Below are positions 39,301 to 64,000 of a stretch of DNA of 64,000 bases, piece after piece. The position numbers were made by a program, and so were the translations under genes. The number at the start of each line of letters is the position of its first letter. Position 1 is the stretch's first letter. The notes beneath the pieces were generated by a model. It searched no databases and was not told where the DNA came from. It saw only the letters and a list, made by a program, of their open reading frames with translations. Origin of the DNA: Macrostomum lignano (Eukaryota); the NCBI GenBank assembly GCA_002269645.1, contig NIVC01000286.1, positions 314,563 through 378,562 on the forward strand. The letters run 5' to 3'.

Positions 39301-40554
39301 TTACACTTAATTTGAGCCTTAGGTTGAGATTGGAGCATTATCAGGGGTAGATTGGAGCACTATCAGGTTGAGATTGGAGCATTATCAGGGTAAGATTGGA
39401 AGAAGAAGAAGAAGAAGCAACTGATAGAACTTAAGAAGCAGCTCTGAGTGTTTGTTCACCCAAAAATGGGGTTCCGGCCGAATTTAAGCTGTTCCTCTTT
39501 CTGTAGTGTATTATTCTCGACCGATCTTGTCTATGGCAAAAGCCTTTAAGCGCAGTGCAAAAATCCGTTTAGAAAACACAAACTGTGTTGTGAGCTTTGC
39601 CCATCTCTAATAAAAAACTGTTTCAAACTTCAAAGTGAAACGAATTTTCTGAATAAATTCTGATCCCTAAGCTACTCAGTACTGGGCGTCTCATTAGGAT
39701 TTTTTTTTCTAAATTTGCGCGCCAAGTAAAACAGCTAATCTTTTTTTGAAGACAATCCCTGGAAGCTCATAAACACATACATGTACAAACGCGCCAATAC
39801 TTTCTAATCGGTCAGGCATGTTTCGTGCAGAGGCTAATATTCCTGGGTCGAGTCTCCTAGATTCCAAAGGTCAAATTGCTTGGACAAAAAATGATTCGGT
39901 AAAAAAGATTTATAGCTAGGCAAAGAATGGGGCCCTAAGAAGCGATCGAGACAGACGGTATTTCCCGGGAAAAGAAGAGTAATTAATCACAAAAAATGAT
40001 TGACTTCCGAGGAAGGGACAGAGACTGTCTGTCTGCCTGTACGAGGGCTGCAATGTATGGCAGGTGGAATATATGAAAGCTGTGAGCTCACCCTAGATTT
40101 AGCGTTCTTTGAGCAGGCAGATTTGACTAGTAGGGGATTGAGGGAACGCTTCGGGGAGCACTAGGGAAAAGAGGGGAGAAAAAAATAAGATAAATCCCAG
40201 CGACAAGAGAGCGTCCTGACTGATTTGAGGCTGCCGCAAGAGTAATGAGATCAGTGGGGAATTCTGATTTCGGCTTCTGGCCAGTTCCACTAGGGGGAGC
40301 TAAGGAAGAGCTTGGAAGCGAGGCGCGGTAGATTGAGAAAAATCCCCAATTCCTTACCCCTGCTGGGCCAAGGACGCCTTATAGGGTAGGGATCTGGAGT
40401 TGCTTCTCTTCAATTCATCCTCTCAAATATATTGCGTTGGATTGAAATATACATTTCGAATCTTTCGACATTCTCGTATAACAAAAAATATTTGACTCTA
40501 ATTTCAAATAAAAAGTTACAATGCCTACATTTCCTGTTTTTATTAGACGGGGGG

Positions 40555-40845
40555 CTGCTCCGCCGACTCCCCTGAGCAGGCACAGAAGCGCGCGGATACG
40601 TACGCAGTCACACGCACATGCACACACTCACACAGGAGTGTACAACGGCCCTAACTTTATTTATCGTTAGGCATGTACACTTCACTGTGCCTTGGGGGGT
40701 TGGCTCTCAAGCTGGGCGTTAATTGCACGAGCAGAGCCAAGCCGAGATTCCAATTAAAACCTAAATTAATGTGACGATTGCACTTGGAATCGAGCCTGGG
40801 CCGCTGGCACACGAGAGCGCCGCGCTTTCCATTCCAGACTCTCAA
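40555..40845 (-). mobile_element. tRNA-derived SINE (second family), inverted copy
   Basis: Reverse complement of 36502-36770 including GGCTCGATTCCAAGTGC. Confidence 0.7.
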
Positions 40846-40966
40846 TCCTTATAGTAATCCATGGACTGCAGCTCGCATACATAGCTTGCCATTCTATTTC
40901 CCGATCTCGCAGCAGATCTCTCCTCTAGGAGCAGTTTATTTCTTCGCTTCGTCTGCTTTTCAAGGC

Positions 40967-41362
40967 ATGGAAACAAAACATTTGCCGCTTCTGCTGCTGC
41001 TCATAGCATGCGTGTTGATGCAGCACGGAGGCTGGGCAAGCTCTCAGCATCATCGACTCAGGCAGCTGCAGCGACAGCAGCAGCAGAGACTGCTGATGAG
41101 GCAGCGGCTGCTGGAACAACAGAGACGCCAAATTTTCGACGCTTCGTCATCAGCCAACGGATGCTGGGACGATGAAGCTGCAACTAACGAAGTGAACCTC
41201 ACGGCTAGCGGAGGCGGCAGCGGCGGCCACATGAACTATGAGCACACGGTGTTCGACATGATCAGAGAGTCCTGCACGCCGGACTCGAGGCCCGTTTACA
41301 ATGCGTCTGTGCCTGTCATAGTGTACTTTGCTGCATCGCTGACACAGATTCTCGGCTTTGAT
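40967..41362 (+). CDS. Nicotinic-receptor-type Cys-loop channel subunit (non-alpha), exon 1
   Basis: Signal peptide METKHLPLLLLLIACVL; Q/R-rich spacer; RPVYNASVPVIVYFAASLTQILGFD; donor GAT|gtgagt. Confidence 0.85.
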
Positions 41363-41365
41363 GTG

Positions 41366-41408
<43 letters not shown>

Positions 41409-41715
41409 CAGTCAGTCAGTCAGTCAGTCAGTCAGTCAGTCAGTCAGTCAGTCAGTCAGTCAGTCAGTCAGTCAGTCAGTCAGTCAGTCAGTCAGTCAGT
41501 CAGTCAGTCAGTCAGTCAGTCAGTCAGTCAGTCAGTCAGTCAGTCAGTCAGTCAGTCAGTCAGTCAGTCAGTCAGTCAGTCAGTCAGTCAGTCAGTCAGT
41601 CAGTCAGTCAGTCAGTCAGTCAGTCAGTCAGTCAGTCAGTCAGTCAGTCAGTCAGTCAGTCAGTCAGTCAGTCAGTCAGTCAGTCAGTCAGTCAGTCAGT
41701 CAGTCAGTCAGTTAG
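41363..41715. repeat. (GTTA)n then (GTCA)n microsatellite filling nearly all of intron 1 of the channel gene
   Basis: Direct observation. Confidence 0.95.
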
Positions 41716-41749
41716 TTAACAGCCAGCAATTCAACCTGGCCATTGGCAG

Positions 41750-42033
41750 GAGCGGAAGCAGATTCTCACGGCCAACTTCTGGGTGGTAGTCGAGTACGCG
41801 GACGAAAGAATCCGGTGGAAAACCAGCCGAGTCGCCATGCAGAGCGTCACGCTGCCCTCGAGGGACATCTGGCTACCGGACCTGGTGCTGTATAACACAG
41901 CCGGAGACTATGTGGGCTATTTTCCCACCGATATTTCGGTGTCAATCAGCAGCAACGGCACGATTAAATGGATGCCCGCCGTCACTTCAAAGAGCCACTG
42001 CGCTGTGGATCTGACTCTGTTCCCTTTTGATAG
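41750..42033 (+). CDS. Cys-loop subunit, exon 2
   Basis: IWLPDLVLYN (loop A), GTIKWMP, start of the Cys-loop CAVDLTLFPFD; donor phase 2. Confidence 0.92.
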
Positions 42034-42110
42034 GTAGATTCCTATTTTAGTTTTTCCTATTCTATTTTATTCTATTCTATTGTGTTCTATTCTATTATAT
42101 TCTATCCCAG

Positions 42111-42649
42111 GCAGCTCTGCAGCCTGAAATTCGCCAGCTGGACCTACGACATGTCCCAGCTGGACCTCCGGGTCCATCCCAGCATGAAGCCAGTGCTGAA
42201 AGAGTTCAGCATCCAGCACGGAGAATGGAATGTCACTCGAGTCTGGCTGGGCAGAAACCTCACCAGCTACCCTCTGCTAGCGAACGCGTTCAGCGAAGTG
42301 ATCGTGTACATCTGCATGCGCAGGCACTCTGTCTTCTATTTGGTTAATGTTGCCCTGCCAACTCTGGTCTTCATCTGCGTGACCTTTTTCTCTTACTGGG
42401 TGCCGTTCAGCTCCGGGGAGAAGGTCACGTTCTGCGTGAGCATGATGACTACATTCTCTATCTATTCTACTTTGCTGGTTAACAAGTTGCCAACTACATC
42501 GGATTCTGTTGCTATACTAAGCTCGCTGGTTGCTATGGGGATGGTCAACGCCAGCGTAGCAACGGCTTCGTCGGTGATGTCGCTGAAACTGGTCAGCTAT
42601 CGGCATCGGCCGTCGGGACTGCTTAAACGCATTATCATTGCGTGCGGAG
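42111..42649 (+). CDS. Cys-loop subunit, exon 3 (loops B/C, M1-M3)
   Basis: RQLC closes the Cys-loop; WTYD; no vicinal CC in loop C; M1 Pro; GEK before M2; donor GGAG|gtacgc phase 1. Confidence 0.92.
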
Positions 42650-42918
42650 GTACGCTATTCTGAGTATTTCATTATATTTATACTTGTGCTTGTCGCCCAA
42701 CAGAGTCTCCTTCTGTCTAAAGCTGGACGCTGATTGGCTAGCGAAACAAAGGCTCTCTCTCACCCAGCTGTTCGCTGATTGGCTGGCTCAACAGAGTATC
42801 TCTAACCCATGCTGAATTGCTGATTATCTTGGCTGGCTGAACCAACAGCCACTTTCTCTACCCCTGCTGTTTGCTGATTGGCTGGACAAACAGATTCTCT
42901 CATCCCCCGTCCTGACAG

Positions 42919-43268
42919 AGCGAGAACTCACCAGCCTAGCCAATTACCGTCGCTACGTAGAGCGCTCCAAAATCAACGAGTTAGACTCCGAGGATGAAGT
43001 CGAACTTATGCGTCAGGCAGCTTCGTCTAGCGAGCAGCCGCGTGATCTGCTCGAAGCCAAAGAGCGCCAGATTTTGCAAGCGTCGCGTCAGTTTCTGCGA
43101 GACTCTGGACGGATCGACTGGCTGAACCAGCTGCGCGCAGTCCAGTGGCACGTGGCCGCTAGCGTTGTTGAACGAGTCGTCGGCACGGCATCCTGCGTCA
43201 TGACCGCCCTGTGTTTCGGCGTCATGTACTGGAAGGTAGCCAACTTTCAGCCAACTAACGATTGTTGA
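42919..43268 (+). CDS. Cys-loop subunit, last exon (intracellular loop, M4)
   Basis: Acceptor cctgacag|AG phase 1; QWHVAASVVERV matches the 'W..vA.viDR' pre-M4 motif. Joined CDS = 1569 nt, 522 aa. Confidence 0.8.
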
Positions 43269-43624
43269 GACATGAGAACCTGTAAAAACTAGACACGTCA
43301 CCCAAGAAGACAAGACAGGACAAGGACTCGTTTATTGCTCTTTTAACCCCGAGCTGGACCCCTCCTGGCGCGTCGTTCCACACAAAATCTCTTACCCCAG
43401 ACACGCTGCCGCTGCCCAATTTTATTGCCCTCCCGGCCCAGTGTTCCAGCCTAAACCTGAAATGTACATTCTCTATGGCCCCGGCTAATATACATTACGG
43501 TTTGCACTAATAGCCCGTTGTTTACGCCTCCACCAAGTCACTCCCAGCTGCGTACGCTGAAGGCTGCGTACGGCTGGCTGCTGCTCAGTCCAAGGACTGG
43601 GGGGGGGGGGGGTTGCACACAGCC

Positions 43625-43775
43625 TTAATTACCCCCAGCTAATGCTGGCACCCATTTTACAGCTGGGTGAACTGAAGTAATGCAGAGTTAAGTGTCTTGC
43701 TCAAGGACACAAATTATTCCGACCGGGTTGAGAATCGAACTCCTGACTTTTCAGTCGTGAGTCACATTACTTTTA
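43625..43775 (-). mobile_element. tRNA-derived CORE-type SINE
   Basis: Minus strand GGAGTTCGATT...GTGTCCTTGAGCAAGACACTTAACTCTGCATTACTTCAGTTCACCCAGCTGTAAAATGGG closely parallels the MIR CORE consensus as recalled. Confidence 0.7.
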
Positions 43776-45046
43776 GCTACTGAACTGAAATAGAAACCGT
43801 TTTTTTCACAAAAAATATGAAAGACTTTTACAATACCAGGTAAAATGCATTGCACTGAAACCTCACTTAATCATGATTACATATAATTTCAGCCTGTTCA
43901 TAAAACTCAGCTAAACACACGGATTACCTTGAGATTCCTATAAAACGGAAAAGTTTTTTCTCGCTAATACGCTTGGATGATTGCTTTGCAGTAAAAATCC
44001 TGTCTCCAGCGAAATTTGTATCAAATGCGTGTTTTTATGTATTTTGAACTAACTGTTCCCTTATATAGTCAACTGCTTCAGAAATGTTGTAGTAATATTT
44101 TCAAAGGCGATAAGATTACACAGAAATTGTCATTTTATGTACTAAAATAAAGCAACTAATAAATCTATTAGAGTAACGTATTGCAAGATTCAGAGGAAGT
44201 ACGAGCGCCAGCCAATCAGTTAGGGGTAGGAAAATATTGGAAAGTTGAGCCAGCCAATTAGGGAACAGTTGGGGGTACGGAATATTTGAAAGTTGAGCCA
44301 GCCAATTAGGGATCAGTTAGGGGTAGAAAAAATATTAAAAATTTGAGCCAGCCAATTAGGGAACAGTTGGGAATAGGAAAGATAGGAAAGTCAAGCCAGC
44401 CAATAAGGAGCAGTTGGGGGTAGAAAATAGTTAAATCGTTGACCCAGCAAGAGAAAACTAGTGCATGCAGTAAGATTAGGAGTTTTAATGACTAAAATTA
44501 AGCCAGTATCAAAATTTAAGATGTACGAATCTCTAGCAGCGCAGAAAGGAGGCCAGTTCGAGTTAATTTTTTATTTTTCAGACAAATTTTTACTGTCAAT
44601 ATTTTTGTTAAAACTTTTGTTTCTAATGTACTTAAGCTACAATTCGAATGGTTAAAACAAACTCATAATCGATAAGAATTCGAAATCAATCGTGGAAGTA
44701 CGATTCAGCAAGTAGAAAACATTTACAAAAGCAAATTTGAAACAGTACACAGATGTGGTTAAATAATGGTAAAGGTAGACGCCTGGTTTTGAAAACATTG
44801 TTAACCCTCGACTTCTACTGTAAATGTATAATAAAAACTGTCAGGGAAGATAAACTACTGGTCATAGTAGTAGCGAGGATGCATGAAATGTTTCATAAGT
44901 TATAGAAGCTCTGTACGCTCGTATGATTTTAAGTTACTAATATGAGTTTTTTAATCACTGCGAAGTTTATCAGCTTGATTGGGTCGGATTGACTTTAGTT
45001 TGGCATGCAAGTTTAACAATTGAGGGTAAAAAGCTGGCCTACTGAT

Positions 45047-62112
<17,066 letters not shown>

Positions 62113-62189
62113 CTGCGCGGGATTTTGAGAGATTTGGGGCGGATGTGGCGTCTTCCGTGTGTTGTGTCCGTCTGTATGTGGCGTTTCTG

Positions 62190-63320
<1,131 letters not shown>

Positions 63321-64000
63321 AACATAGATACAATTTAAATGAGCAAAATAAACCGCATCAGCATTCGCTACAACTCACTGGCTGTCACAATCGGTGCGTG
63401 TTAAATCCTCTGACGTCACACTTGAAAATCTCTTATACAATATGTTAAATAAAACGAACTTGGTTTTTTTTCAAATTCAACTGTTTCACTTTTGTTTTAA
63501 TAAACGAAAGATTATAGCCTTAGTCATTAACTCCGTCTTGCAGTCGCTGTTTTATGTTGAGCATTTTACTCAGTGGGGTGGGTAGGTCGGGTCCCACCTT
63601 AACCATCCATCTCTCAGCTCCACTTGCTTAGATGGCAGGTAGAGATTAAAGCAGGTAGCCAGCTCTGCAGTGTGTCAGTGCGGTTGAAAAATGACAGGCG
63701 AAAGAAGATGCACACAGTTTTCATACAGGCACGCGCAGGGTGAAATGGAATCGAGCAGTTGCTTTGAGCAAGCAGAACAAAGTGAACAGGCTGCTGCACA
63801 TTGTGCGCTGGTTCTGGGGCAGGCTGGCAAAATGCTGAGTCGGGAAGGAAAGTACTTGTACTGTCTAATTGTGCGCTTCCACAGTCGGGTAGACCGCCAG
63901 CAGCTAACCAAGAGTATCGTTGGTACAGAGAAAGGAGATCTAGAATCTAGAAATTGGTATGACAAGTTTCCAATGATTTATGGCTGCTATGGTTGATTTA

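Noticed and set aside
42704-42760. Extra exon in the channel gene (VSFCLKLDADWL)
   Set aside because: It needs a weak alternative donor and has no clear downstream donor; the direct 42649-42919 join is in phase.
40967-43268. Channel gene nested in an intron of the smoothelin-like gene
   Set aside because: The CH-domain exon with its stop is at 45188-45047, so the genes are convergent, not nested.
63614-63996. Short ORFs at the window end as an upstream exon of the large gene
   Set aside because: No recognisable motif or convincing splice pair.

Overview
Eukaryotic (animal) genomic DNA: GC-rich spliced exons with GT-AG introns packed with micro/minisatellites. The style suggests a free-living flatworm such as Macrostomum (inference only). 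Four genes could be reconstructed by hand with consistent splice phases. (1) An 8-finger C2H2 factor ending in an Ikaros/Hunchback-type finger pair (minus, 7776-2680), with a decayed THAP domain sitting in frame just upstream. (2) An Nkx6 homeobox gene (minus, 28724-21662). (3) A divergent non-alpha nicotinic-receptor-type Cys-loop subunit with Thr at M2 9' and 16' (plus, 40967-43268). (4) A large, 5'-incomplete gene (minus, >=62112-45047) joining two smoothelin helical domains, seven I-set Ig domains and a C-terminal smoothelin-type CH domain; it carries three apparent 1-nt deletions in G/C runs. Also present: a decayed APE-RT LINE with a 2A-like/PHD N-terminus abutting a Ty3/Gypsy gag, several hAT-type MITEs, two tRNA-derived SINE families, a 2.7-kb CpG-depleted block and many tandem arrays, five of which share a G(G/A)CGCC core. 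No rRNA, intact tRNA or CRISPR array was seen. Most long ORFs in the supplied track are tandem-repeat artefacts. All coordinates and counts are by hand; no database search was run.
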